From Patescibacteria group bacterium (GTDB lineage Bacteria > Patescibacteriota > Patescibacteriia > PEXW01): DNA of 64,000 nt. Position numbers and translations under genes: made by a program. This document shows positions 9,601 through 18,845 of this stretch, piece after piece (the first letter of the stretch is position 1; every line of letters starts with the position of its first letter). The stretch is from assembly GCA_041665345.1 (NCBI GenBank), contig JBAYJA010000004.1:48122-112121 (forward strand), given 5' to 3'. The notes under the pieces were generated by a model, which saw only the letters and a list, made by a program, of their open reading frames with translations, was not told where the DNA came from and made no database searches.

Positions 9601-12600
9601 TCTGCGTAAAGGTACCGTTATTCGTAAGCGTCCCGGCAATGGTGTACACACTGTTCCCACCTGAGGTGAGCGCGCCGCCAATGGTCACATTCTTCGCGGT
9701 TACGGTTTCTGTGCCACCAATCGTCAACGTGGCGCCAGAGAGAATGCTCAGCGTGGCGCTGGTGTACGTTCCACCTGCCTGAGCAGCCAAGGTGGAGGAA
9801 TTTGCCGTGTGTACAATATTTTCATTATCATCAGCATCATACTGGCCCATGTTGGTTACCGTCACCGATGGATTGTCCACGCTCCCAATGGTCAGCACAT
9901 TTGTGTCCAAGACCAGGCCAGTAATGTTCCCCGACCCGTCATAATTCGTAACGGCTGTTGTTTCCGCACTATCGGCAACGCCATCCACAAAAACCGTAAC
10001 CGTATTCCCTGTGGCCACGGTAACGCCAGAAATAGTCCACGTTCCAGCCAAGGTTGTGGTTTGAGCTTGAATGCTCCCATTCACCGCTACTTTCACTGTC
10101 CCGCCTGAACTGTTCGACGTGCCAGCTACGTCTATACCACAGGTTGCGCCAGCACTGACTGTAATATTCGTATTTCCGCTATTCGTAGACTGGGAGAAGG
10201 TGGCACATATTGCTGCGCCAGCATTATTTGCATCGCTAATGTCTACGTAGGAAAGTGACGCTGAAGTTGGGTTGACGTTCCAAGCGTTGCCCACACTGGA
10301 TGATTGCAGGGTGATCAGCTGGCCCAAAGCTCCAGTGACTGTCCACGTACCCGCGATGGTCTGTGTTGTGGCAGCGGTAACGGTAATTACCTTTGCCGCA
10401 CCAATACTGGTGACCGAAAGATTATTGAAGGTTGTACTGCCGGCAATAGTTGAAGCCGCTGTAGTAGTAAGCGCAATGGTGCCGGAATTATGGGTGAACG
10501 TGCCAGCATTAGAGAAGCCGGCTCCAAAATTTGTGGTGGTAGCTGAGCTTGCCTGGAAAACCGTATCCGCCGCAATCGTCACATTACCGGTGACAGTGAA
10601 GGTTGGATCCCAGGTATTCACCTGGAAAATCGTAGTGCTGGAACCGGTGCCAGTGTTCAATAGGTCCAGCGTGGAGGCGATGGTCAGGGTTTGCGAACCC
10701 GCAGTGCCGGCAGTCACCGTGCGCCCCGCCGTCGTGCCACTATTATCAATTTCCACTTTTTGGTAATCCGTGCGGGCACCCATGGATTGATCAGTGGCCG
10801 TGGCGTCCATTCGTAAAATGAGACTTGCGCCCAGTGTCCCGCCGGTTGGGAAAGTTGTAGCACTTCGGTAGGTAAGCCGACCCGGGCCGTTGATAGTGCC
10901 GCTTAAGGTAAGCGTGGCGCCAGTGTGGGTAATAGTGCGGCCGGAACTAATGGTCAAGACGTTACTTGCTCCAGACAATAGTAGAGTATTTGTAACAGCA
11001 ATATCTGATGTTTGTACCGTTACAGCTCCACTGGCGTTTCCAATATCCAGGTCATAAAATGTTGTGCTACTTGAGCCGTCAATTGAGCCTGCGCTCCCTG
11101 TAAGACGTACTCGACTGTCATTATGGGTAAAAGTTCCGTTGTTCGTGAATGTCCCACCAACCGTCAAGTTTGATGTGGATGTAAATGTGCTTGGGGTCAA
11201 TGATCCAGAAATCAACAATGCATTACTTACGGTTAAGTTATTTGCAATACTCATGCTGCCACTCGACGTAAAATTGTAGAGTGTGCTACCTCCAGTATAT
11301 GCGGTTAATGTTTTTGAGGTGCCATCCATGATGACCGTATTCCCAGTTGACGCAACGTAACAATACGTAGCCAGAAAAGAGTTGCATGTTGCATCAAAAT
11401 TTCCTGAGATAGTCCAGATCCCAGAACCCGACGACACTGGTTCCGTGCCGTCGCCAGTACCCAATATATCAAAGTCACCACCAATATTCACCGTGGGATT
11501 ATTGGTTACACCGGTGACAGCCATATCCCCAGTGCCATTAGCATAGACGTAAAAGTGGCTACTGGCGCCAGAAAGTGTATACATTCCAGTGGCAAAAGTC
11601 GTAGTTCGACCCGTTGCGCCACTATTGAAGAACTCAACCGTGTTCCCATACGTCCGCGCGTCAAACGTCGTGCTAGCAATATCTCCACCAGTGGCATCGT
11701 ACCTCGTAATCGCACTTATGATTCCCACCGTACCTGGACCACCACTCGTGTTGGTAAAGGTGATGCGGCCCGGACCGGCAATGGTACTGGAACTTGTAAG
11801 CAATACGTTTGCTCCAGTATGCGTCAATGTTATCCCACTGGCTATGGCCAGCGTGGCGTCCGTGTTGACGAGGAGGGTATTTGTAACCGTCAAATCTCCC
11901 GTCTGCAAGGTCAGGGTACCTGTACTCACTGGGTCATAGCGAAGATTGTAGAGAGTCTGACCATTGCTGGTTATGGTTTTCCCAATACCGGTGGTGAACA
12001 CCGTTCCAGTCCCTGCATCCACGGTTAATCCAGAAGCCATTACAAAATTTCCATCGATATGTGTGGAAGACCCTAGCGTGTAGGTGGGTGTTCCACTTGC
12101 TTGCTGCAAGGTTAGGTTATTGAAGTTGCCTACGTAAATTGTGGTCGCACCAGTACCGCTGTATACAAAAGTTGAAGTGCCAGGAATGAGTACTGTGAAG
12201 CCAGACTCATCCACTATCGGTGTCCCTGAGCCGGACAGGGTCCAGGTTTTTGCCCCAGCATTGAGCGAGTGCATGTTAAAACTCTCCCCGGCGGCAGTTG
12301 CCTCAAGAGTAAGCACATTAGTGACAGTTACCCCGCCATTCCCTGTAGCTGTTGTGGTAAAAATGTTTCCCCCAGATTGCTCCAAAGTGAGGTTATAGAA
12401 TGTCCACCCAGTGGCACCACCAAAGTTCCCTGTCTCACTAAGCGTGAAAGTTGGTGTGCCGCTTGTAGTTGTTACCGTTCCATCACCTGTGACGGCCCCA
12501 CCATTCACGGTCATATCTGCATTTACAGTCAGGGTTGAACTCGTGTCCACGACAACATCCCCAGTGACGGTGAAAGTCCCAACTGCAACCGTGAGTGCCG

Positions 12601-15600
12601 AAGCCACACTCCCATTCCCCACAGTTAGGTTATTGGAAACCGTTGCAGCTTTCTGCAAAGTCGTTGTCGCGGCTGTCCCATCGCCAATCACTAAATTGTA
12701 AATGGTAATTGCTCCGCTGGCGCCATTGGTTCCCAAATTTCCAGTCCCGCGCATGGTTACGGTGGGAGTTCCACTGGATGCGATGATCCCGGTTGTCGTA
12801 TTTGTAAAGTCGCCGCCACCGACGGTCAGGTTTGCGCCAACCGTGAAGGTTGACCCAGTACCCACTGTCACATCACCGCCAGTTACAGTAGTCGCAGCGG
12901 AGCTCAATGCAGTGGTTGCCGTAGTACCATCACCAATCAGGAGATTGTAAAACGTAAGTGTAGGGGTTGTGCCACCACCAATACTCCCACTACCCCGCAT
13001 GGTTGTAGTTGCGGTCCCAGTGGAACGAGTAACAACAGCACTCGTGCCTGCAGTTGTAATATCACCGCCAGCAACAATCGTGTTTGCATCAATATTCAAC
13101 GTTGCCCCGCCATCCACCAAAATATCCCGGCCAATGGTATTCGTGGCGGTGTCGAGAGATGCCGTACCACCGTCATCTATGTGAAAATCTCCGCCTGTAC
13201 TATTGGTGGTCACGGTCCCGCCCGGATCGTACGTGTCACCCGCCCACACATGAAACTCCATGCCAGACTCCACGGTCAAGTTACCAGTAGTAACGCTATA
13301 CCGAACACCAACATTCGCTCCAGTATCAGCTGTCGCTAATTTTGCATTTGTCATGGGCCCTGCGTCTTCGTGACGCACCGAGGTGTGATCTTGATAAATG
13401 TGCAAATCAACAATATCTGACGTCGTGTCAGCAGCCAGGGTCACCGTTGTCCCCTTAATTGCTTCAACGCTATCAATGAAAATTGCAATTGGGTCTGCGG
13501 CGGTGCTTGGGCGAGCAGCTGCGATAGCAAATGAACCATTACTCAAGGTGCAGTCAGCGGTCTGCTCAGACGCACTGCCATTCACGGACGCACGGACGGT
13601 TATGGCATTTGCCGAACAGTCATACGCCGTTGGGGTTTCATTGGTGTAGATTTTCCCATAGATCGAAATGGATGCTGGCACATACTCAACTAAGAGCCAC
13701 AGCGTTGTTACCTGCAATTGTTCGGGAGAGAGGAGGTTGCTTGTATTTAAATTGCGAACACCGATTTGCGCGCTATCCAGGGTCGTCGTTGTCCAGGCGG
13801 TTAACTGCTGCGGCCGGGTATAGGCGGTCATGCCATAAATTCTTGGAATCGCCGAATGGTGCGACATCCATGTCGTTGTCGTGAAATTCTCTTTCGTCCC
13901 TTCAATAACCGCCCCACTCGCACTATCTTTCAATCGAACTGCGGTTGTGAAAGCCGACGTATTCCCGATGTTGGCACGCATACCAGCAGAAACCAGAGAA
14001 ATTGTGTCTGAAGCACCAATGGACTGTGTCGAACTATCAAAAAGATTAACGTCCGTAATAGTGTTCGCTGTGGCTGTGTACAGGTAAGTTGTTGCATCAT
14101 CTGGGTCTGCTTCATCCACATAGGTATAGTCATTCGTAAAACCCGTATTATCCCCGGCGGCATTTGGTTTCAGGTGTGCTATCGACCCTGCGCCAGGGTA
14201 TCCATTTTGCGTTGTACCAGCATTCTGGTTCACCGCCACATCATCGAAGTACCAATCGCCTTGCGTTTGCGCTTCAGAATTTAGGTTGCCACCAAGTGCA
14301 ATTGTTGTTACACCATTAAGAAGGTCTCTGGTTGAGCTGGATCCAAAATTGGTTCCATTTATTCTGCCTTCAACCGTATCAGTTGCACCCGCACCAGACG
14401 AATTTATTTGGAATTCCACCCGGTACCATGTGCTGGTACTCAAGGCGGCTGACGTGCCAATCGGCGTCCCGCCAGAATCTTCATCGTGTAGCTCCAGTGC
14501 GCCAGTGCTGGTCAGCACCAGGAACACTCGGTCTGTAGTCCCGGAATCTCGAAACGACATGATGCGATTACTCGCACTCGGCAAGGTTTCAATCCGGAGA
14601 TACGCCCGGGCATAGTATGGGCCGTCTGCATTCGCTGCCACAAAATCTTGATTCACACCTTCAGCCGAACCCGAACTCATCCCGTTAATGCGCAACGATG
14701 CGCCTCCAGAGCGGTAGTAGGTTGCAGTTGTGTTGATGGTTGGTCCGCCTGCAATCCCCGCCCACTCTTCACCCGCGCTTACCGTTTGCATTTCAAAACC
14801 AGATGACCACAACCGACCACCTTCTGCTGGCTCATACTCCACCAGCAACCACATCGTCGTTACCAGGAGATCGGGAATTGCATCAGTTGCGGTCACGCGT
14901 AATAAACCATCGTCAATGTTCGCAGCGGTCATTACATCGTAATCTGCAGCCGAGGTTTGATCACCGTAGGAAGTTTGCTTGTAGGTTCGTGGAGCCGCGT
15001 TGCCATTGGTGGTATAGGCGGTCGCGCTATCAGAAATACTCGTTGACTGGTCAACTGCATTCCCACTTGGGATTTTTACCTGCAGATTATGGGCACCAGC
15101 TGCTGCACTGAGACGCGTATACCGAATCCCAGCTTGCGTCAAAATTATTCTATCTTTCGCATTCATACCCTGACTTCCTGTACTTTCTAGGGACACCTCA
15201 AGAAAATCCGTCCCGGCGTCACTATCACAGGTCACCGTTGTTGTCGTATCATCTGGTCCACCAGCGCCACGATCATTTACGGCATCCCATGAGCTAGTTG
15301 ACCCACTGCAGGTATTCGAAGAAGCGCCGCTTGGTTGTCCATCTGGCATGAGGTGTACAATTTTTCCCGCCCCTGGCCAGTTTTCCGGTATGCTTGGGGT
15401 GATGCCGGCATCGTCAGAATTAATTGCCAAATCGTCCCAGAATATTGTTGAGGCTCCACCCGTATCAGTTGAAAGCGTACCAATGCGTACAACGTTGGAA
15501 CCATTCGCATGGTTCACCGTGCCTGACGAGAACGTCACGCCATCCACCTTGGCCTCAAGGTAGGTAGTGCCAATCGTTGTGGTGTCACTCCGAAACTCAA

Positions 15601-17869
15601 GCCGATACCAAGTACTAGTGGAGAGAGCTGCAGAAGTCCCGGTCTGCTGCGCGTTGTCTTCATCATTCCACAATTCCAATGTCCCATCACTATTTAACCG
15701 AATACTCGCCTGAACAGAGGGGCCACTGTCGTAAAACTCCATAATATTCACACGCGTTTCTGGCATATTGGTGATATTCACATACGCGCGGAAGTAGTAG
15801 TCATTCGTTGCATTTGCGTTCGAATATTGGAATGTTGCGCCCGAAGTTGCTGCACTCTCATTTGTTTGCAGCGCCGCAACGCCAGAACGAAAGGTGGAGG
15901 TATCAATAGTGGGTGCAGTACCAACTGTCGCTGTAAATTCTTCATTTGCCGTGACGGTTTGCAATTCAAACCCAGAGCTCCACAGACGTGTAATACTTGC
16001 CGAACCCACCGCGTCACTCGCAATCTGCCAGTGGCGTAACTCTTCAAACACTGGCTCGGCACTCCCAGTCTTTATCAAGCGCGCCTTCCCCAGCAAGAAA
16101 AGTTCCGGGCTAATGTCTGGTGGATTCACTCGGTAGGTCAGCGTGTATATCTTCCCGCCCTTCCACTGCACAGGCCAGCGTATGGTCAGCCGATTGTCAG
16201 CAGCAACAGTTTTCCCTTTGCCAGACACCGCAGACACCTCAAAGGAAGTTGGAACCGAGTCTTCAAAAAAACCGGCCACGTCTTTTTGCGGACGTACGGT
16301 GAGAGTAACTGGATAATCTTCAACCGGATAGATGCGGGTAGGCGCATCACGATGCACGTCCAATGTCACCATAGCTCGCACGGCAATTGCATCTTGGATT
16401 GTGTACTCGCCAAACTTGGTCTCCGCTTTGAGATCCAAGGTGTACATCCCTTCATCGCCACCCTCATACACTGCACTGTAGTCAGGCGTATTGGTCACGG
16501 TAATGGGGCCACACTCTGTGGAACGCGTAATTGACCCAGCATCAGTGGTGAAGGTTTGCACTCCCCGACTTGGGTTGGTTATAGTAAGCCATAATTTCGC
16601 ATCGCAAATGGTGTGCCCTTGCGGATCCAGCACACCCATCCCCACGTCAATATTTTCCCCTGGGTGGTAAATGGATTTTGGTGTGTTCAGCACCAGCACT
16701 CCCCAGTAGAAATCTTTCTTCACCGTGGTTTCTTTGTTCCCCTGCACAATGGTAATTTCCGCCGTATACTTTCCAGGCTTGTGCAGCATTTCGTTCCGCA
16801 CTTCAATGCGTTCGTAAGTAGACCGGCCCTCCGTCACCCGCGTCACGTCATACTCTGCCGGGACTTCCGCGCCATCAGGCCCAACCAGCTTCTTGGCTTC
16901 CACGGTTCGCTCAGTTTTGGTGAATGGTAAAAAGGAGAAGCGGGATTGCTTTTCCACTTCCACCTTCAGCACAGGGTCTTCAGAGTTCTTCAGCTGCGTG
17001 TCTTCCACCTGCACCACATCCCCAGAGAGGAACAGCGGTTCTCGCTTTGGCTTGGCCACCTGCTCCACATCCAAACCTATGCCATCCACGTAGACGGTTG
17101 CTGCTGCATCTGGAGACAAGGCAATGTACCGCACCCGAACCTGAAACGTATCAATATTCCCACGGTGTAGCAGCGGAAAAGCGGCTCGCCAGTACCCGCC
17201 ATGCTGCGCGTTACTAACATCTTGGTTCAACCCAAAAGAATCAAGCCGTGTCCAGGTCTTGCCATCCAAACTGGATTCCATCACCACCAAGTCTTCAGAA
17301 TCTTGACCAGCTTTCCCAGCCAAGGAGAGCACAAGCTCTGCTTGGGAAAAAGACGCGTCCGGATGAAAGTCACTTGGTAGGGCAAAATTCTTGCAGACCA
17401 GCTGCGCTGCCCCAGAACCACCACCCGCTTGGGCTGAAGCATCTTGGGGGAATTGCGCTAGCCCAGTATTTCCCAATGCTTGAATTTCCTGCGCCTTGTC
17501 ACTTCGATCCCAGCCTGTGCATGACTGCGGCCGAATATGCAGCGTCTGCGGTTCAGTCTCTGCACGCGACACCAGGGCTACACCAAAGAAGAGCAGACAG
17601 CTCAGGCTCGCCAGTACCATTCGAGTTCGGTAGGTCACTTGCACCCGTTGGTGCTGCCGCGTTTGTAACTCATGCCGCATTGCCCGTTGGAAACTGTGCG
17701 TGCGGGCACGGTACACCTTTCGCGCTGACTGGGGAGCTCCGGCAACCGATGACTTTTTTGCAACTACAGTTTTCTGTCGAATCACCCCGCGTTTTGCAAC
17801 AACTCGACGACCTCTGAGTCCAAGTGGACGCGACTTTAGGTACGTCGTTGTGCTTTGCGGTTTGGGCAT
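6656..17869 (-). CDS. Giant (~3,740 aa) surface adhesin-like protein with beta-rich repeats and the shared C-terminal subunit domain
   Basis: Uninterrupted 11.2-kb ORF (open to 17932; ATG 17869 likely). Basic N-terminus plus hydrophobic segment, two RLWSSGFE(L/M)QT-initiated repeats of ~385 aa, long T/G/N-rich solenoid-like region, C-terminus ...AGAYSTNVTYIATTTF. Confidence 0.9.
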   Translation of the reverse strand: MPKPQSTTTYLKSRPLGLRGRRVVAKRGVIRQKTVVAKKSSVAGAPQSARKVYRARTHSFQRAMRHELQTRQHQRVQVTYRTRMVLASLSCLLFFGVALVSRAETEPQTLHIRPQSCTGWDRSDKAQEIQALGNTGLAQFPQDASAQAGGGSGAAQLVCKNFALPSDFHPDASFSQAELVLSLAGKAGQDSEDLVVMESSLDGKTWTRLDSFGLNQDVSNAQHGGYWRAAFPLLHRGNIDTFQVRVRYIALSPDAAATVYVDGIGLDVEQVAKPKREPLFLSGDVVQVEDTQLKNSEDPVLKVEVEKQSRFSFLPFTKTERTVEAKKLVGPDGAEVPAEYDVTRVTEGRSTYERIEVRNEMLHKPGKYTAEITIVQGNKETTVKKDFYWGVLVLNTPKSIYHPGENIDVGMGVLDPQGHTICDAKLWLTITNPSRGVQTFTTDAGSITRSTECGPITVTNTPDYSAVYEGGDEGMYTLDLKAETKFGEYTIQDAIAVRAMVTLDVHRDAPTRIYPVEDYPVTLTVRPQKDVAGFFEDSVPTSFEVSAVSGKGKTVAADNRLTIRWPVQWKGGKIYTLTYRVNPPDISPELFLLGKARLIKTGSAEPVFEELRHWQIASDAVGSASITRLWSSGFELQTVTANEEFTATVGTAPTIDTSTFRSGVAALQTNESAATSGATFQYSNANATNDYYFRAYVNITNMPETRVNIMEFYDSGPSVQASIRLNSDGTLELWNDEDNAQQTGTSAALSTSTWYRLEFRSDTTTIGTTYLEAKVDGVTFSSGTVNHANGSNVVRIGTLSTDTGGASTIFWDDLAINSDDAGITPSIPENWPGAGKIVHLMPDGQPSGASSNTCSGSTSSWDAVNDRGAGGPDDTTTTVTCDSDAGTDFLEVSLESTGSQGMNAKDRIILTQAGIRYTRLSAAAGAHNLQVKIPSGNAVDQSTSISDSATAYTTNGNAAPRTYKQTSYGDQTSAADYDVMTAANIDDGLLRVTATDAIPDLLVTTMWLLVEYEPAEGGRLWSSGFEMQTVSAGEEWAGIAGGPTINTTATYYRSGGASLRINGMSSGSAEGVNQDFVAANADGPYYARAYLRIETLPSASNRIMSFRDSGTTDRVFLVLTSTGALELHDEDSGGTPIGTSAALSTSTWYRVEFQINSSGAGATDTVEGRINGTNFGSSSTRDLLNGVTTIALGGNLNSEAQTQGDWYFDDVAVNQNAGTTQNGYPGAGSIAHLKPNAAGDNTGFTNDYTYVDEADPDDATTYLYTATANTITDVNLFDSSTQSIGASDTISLVSAGMRANIGNTSAFTTAVRLKDSASGAVIEGTKENFTTTTWMSHHSAIPRIYGMTAYTRPQQLTAWTTTTLDSAQIGVRNLNTSNLLSPEQLQVTTLWLLVEYVPASISIYGKIYTNETPTAYDCSANAITVRASVNGSASEQTADCTLSNGSFAIAAARPSTAADPIAIFIDSVEAIKGTTVTLAADTTSDIVDLHIYQDHTSVRHEDAGPMTNAKLATADTGANVGVRYSVTTGNLTVESGMEFHVWAGDTYDPGGTVTTNSTGGDFHIDDGGTASLDTATNTIGRDILVDGGATLNIDANTIVAGGDITTAGTSAVVTRSTGTATTTMRGSGSIGGGTTPTLTFYNLLIGDGTTATTALSSAATTVTGGDVTVGTGSTFTVGANLTVGGGDFTNTTTGIIASSGTPTVTMRGTGNLGTNGASGAITIYNLVIGDGTAATTTLQKAATVSNNLTVGNGSVASALTVAVGTFTVTGDVVVDTSSTLTVNADMTVNGGAVTGDGTVTTTSGTPTFTLSETGNFGGATGWTFYNLTLEQSGGNIFTTTATGNGGVTVTNVLTLEATAAGESFNMHSLNAGAKTWTLSGSGTPIVDESGFTVLIPGTSTFVYSGTGATTIYVGNFNNLTLQQASGTPTYTLGSSTHIDGNFVMASGLTVDAGTGTVFTTGIGKTITSNGQTLYNLRYDPVSTGTLTLQTGDLTVTNTLLVNTDATLAIASGITLTHTGANVLLTSSSTIAGPGRITFTNTSGGPGTVGIISAITRYDATGGDIASTTFDARTYGNTVEFFNSGATGRTTTFATGMYTLSGASSHFYVYANGTGDMAVTGVTNNPTVNIGGDFDILGTGDGTEPVSSGSGIWTISGNFDATCNSFLATYCYVASTGNTVIMDGTSKTLTAYTGGSTLYNFTSSGSMSIANNLTVSNALLISGSLTPSTFTSTSNLTVGGTFTNNGTFTHNDSRVRLTGSAGSIDGSSSTTFYDLDIGNASGAVTVQTSDIAVTNTLLLSGASNVLTISSGRTITHTGATLTLSGTINGPGRLTYRSATTFPTGGTLGASLILRMDATATDQSMGARTDYQKVEIDNSGTTAGRTVTAGTAGSQTLTIASTLDLLNTGTGSSTTIFQVNTWDPTFTVTGNVTIAADTVFQASSATTTNFGAGFSNAGTFTHNSGTIALTTTAASTIAGSTTFNNLSVTSIGAAKVITVTAATTQTIAGTWTVTGALGQLITLQSSSVGNAWNVNPTSASLSYVDISDANNAGAAICATFSQSTNSGNTNITVSAGATCGIDVAGTSNSSGGTVKVAVNGSIQAQTTTLAGTWTISGVTVATGNTVTVFVDGVADSAETTAVTNYDGSGNITGLVLDTNVLTIGSVDNPSVTVTNMGQYDADDNENIVHTANSSTLAAQAGGTYTSATLSILSGATLTIGGTETVTAKNVTIGGALTSGGNSVYTIAGTLTNNGTFTQSTSTITMTGTSNSLTGSTATTFNNLTINPASTGTITVSTSDLTVSGALDVADGDTLSIGSGRIVNAPGTLTLNTTGTISGDGTLRFTDASSGPGTGGTLSSIVRYDGSSANIASTTLDARTYGGRVELFTNSGTAKTFTFPTGSFTLSGASSHLYVITDGVGDATLIGASNNPTVTVGGDVDFTGTGGGSEVITSGTGVWTVSGNVDFTGGTYTASTDNTLKMNGTSKTLTAAGNELQKFEVSGGSVATADAVLVNKTFDITGGGFTQAANANLTVYGNFTIATGTTFTAATGSGILIMDGNPTPMTFTDNTSPKQDMGNVQVGLSPGTTDLGSDFTAKSVTIPTGDIFNTNGYDLDIGTGGITIVGTLDATDDVETDETFMDTDGKFDLQTGGTFTPDQSTLTMTLASTVVANATTDLITVGTGNPYNVIVNDGGGTYTLTVEVEDPLVVTNNITITGGVLDTKTGESNSISVGNNWTNNDSFTARSATVTFTATDTGNTIGGTMGDLDDFYDLVFNGSGGEWTTNTAMTVGNDLTVTAGSLLGATDITMYGTLAGGGTVTRSGGTFLHRVAAAKNFGSTANANNWTFNNLSFETSGATDRTVTFATGGTGQVIVSGTLTIGNASDSNVTTLDNETNDRILDANGAVTITSKGLLNGSSTASFTVAGNWTNNGDFTDNTGTVTLDGAAQQTVDGQLTGASDRFNNLTITNSSGADPVTSPSVIFAAAAETAATFTAQTANTKLRFLAGGTYTFNNIAFNGQATGTRVFLRSSTTGTLWDLNSLGTQTVSNTDVRDSNACPGDDIDATDGTNYDSTNNPCWNINTLTFSISDTAVGFGTLSSAAARWANGAATGSASAVSAHTLAVTTNARSGYALTYFGSTLSGPEDITAATFTGDADGTPSSEQFALSITTDGNATIPSAYQKASDNYSFVPSTATTLMSEAGSTVIETASVYYICNISSATTAGAYSTNVTYIATTTF

Positions 17870-17967
17870 GGAGGAACGTTTTGTTCGCCGAACGAAGCAC
17901 TTGGCCTTCCGTGTCTTTATACAAGAATCCAATGTATATTATGCCACATTTTCACAACAATAACAAA

Positions 17968-17995
17968 ATTGGAGCAAACGTAAGTTTGCTCCAAT
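17968..17995 (-). terminator. Intrinsic terminator
   Basis: Perfect 12-bp stem ATTGGAGCAAAC-GTAA-GTTTGCTCCAAT followed by TTTGTT on the minus strand. Confidence 0.7.
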
Positions 17996-18004
17996 GAATG
18001 AGCT

Positions 18005-18241
18005 TTACCAACTCATCGCCCAGCTGCAGTCCTTGGCGCTGCAACTGGCATGGTAACTAATGCCAAAGTCGTTGCCTGTTGAAGATGCTTTGTCGAAAAG
18101 GACATTTGAATGCCCGTTTGGACAAAAGAGATTACTCGCATCACACATAATACCGTTTGGGCCGGACTGACCTATGCCCAAGCGTCGTACGATTTCATCT
18201 TGTAACGCACGTTCTGCTGAACTAAAATCTGTTGCTTCCAC
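18005..18241 (-). CDS. Small Cys/His-containing hypothetical protein (possible Zn ribbon)
   Basis: GGAGG then GTG at 18241. Contains CPNGH...CSAKDC. Followed by a terminator. Confidence 0.55.
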   Translation of the reverse strand: MEATDFSSAERALQDEIVRRLGIGQSGPNGIMCDASNLFCPNGHSNVLFDKASSTGNDFGISYHASCSAKDCSWAMSW

Positions 18242-18310
18242 TCTGCCTCCAATCAAAAAACGTTTTATCTTTTATAATACCGCCAAGCATAGCTGCATTT
18301 CGCTCTGCTG

Positions 18311-18706
18311 TCAACCCTGCAACTTCCGGTGCTCAACCATAATGCACGTCCCAGGGTCATTCACCGTCATACCCAAATGCCCAGCCAAAATGGTGGTTTC
18401 TTGTGATTCTGCTCCAGGTTGAAACCAAATTTTAGTAAACCCATAGTGGTGGGCTTCGTGCAGAATGTGCAAACCAATCTGGGGTGGGACAACGAACACC
18501 AGCACATCTGGCTTCTTGGGAATTGCTTCAATACTGGCGTAGCACGGCACACCAGAAACCGAAGAGTACTTTGGATTCACACCCACAACGTCCAGCTGAT
18601 GCGCATGCAGGTACTGCAAGACACGAAAACCATACTTTTCCACGTTTGTCGTTGCACCAACAACGGCGTAGCGAAAATTCTTCTGAAAAAAAACTTTGGT
18701 ATCCAT
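18311..18706 (-). CDS. CoA-binding protein (YccU-like)
   Basis: AVVGAT..EKYG...VNPK...DVLVFVVPP...IWFQPGAES...CIMVEH. Confidence 0.9.
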   Translation of the reverse strand: MDTKVFFQKNFRYAVVGATTNVEKYGFRVLQYLHAHQLDVVGVNPKYSSVSGVPCYASIEAIPKKPDVLVFVVPPQIGLHILHEAHHYGFTKIWFQPGAESQETTILAGHLGMTVNDPGTCIMVEHRKLQG

Positions 18707-18741
18707 ACGTACAGTATGCCTGAAATACGCAAGCTGAAAAC

Positions 18742-18807
18742 TTGACAATAACCTCTATTTTTGGTATGATGTATATATTACGAGAAGTGAAAATGATTTC
18801 ACTTTTC
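18742..18807 (+). promoter_or_regulatory. Promoter plus downstream palindrome for the protease gene
   Basis: TTGACA-17-TATGAT (18742-18770), then the IR AAGTGAAA-atga-TTTCACTT. Confidence 0.65.
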
Positions 18808-18845
18808 CTTCAGCAATTTCGCCCCTAACCTTGTAATTTACGTCT

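Noticed and set aside
6656-17932. Dozens of plus-strand 60-190 aa ORFs inside the giant gene, and similar antisense ORFs over tig, hppA, nusA and pnp
   Set aside because: Shadow ORFs caused by codon bias of the real gene. No RBS or recognisable motifs.
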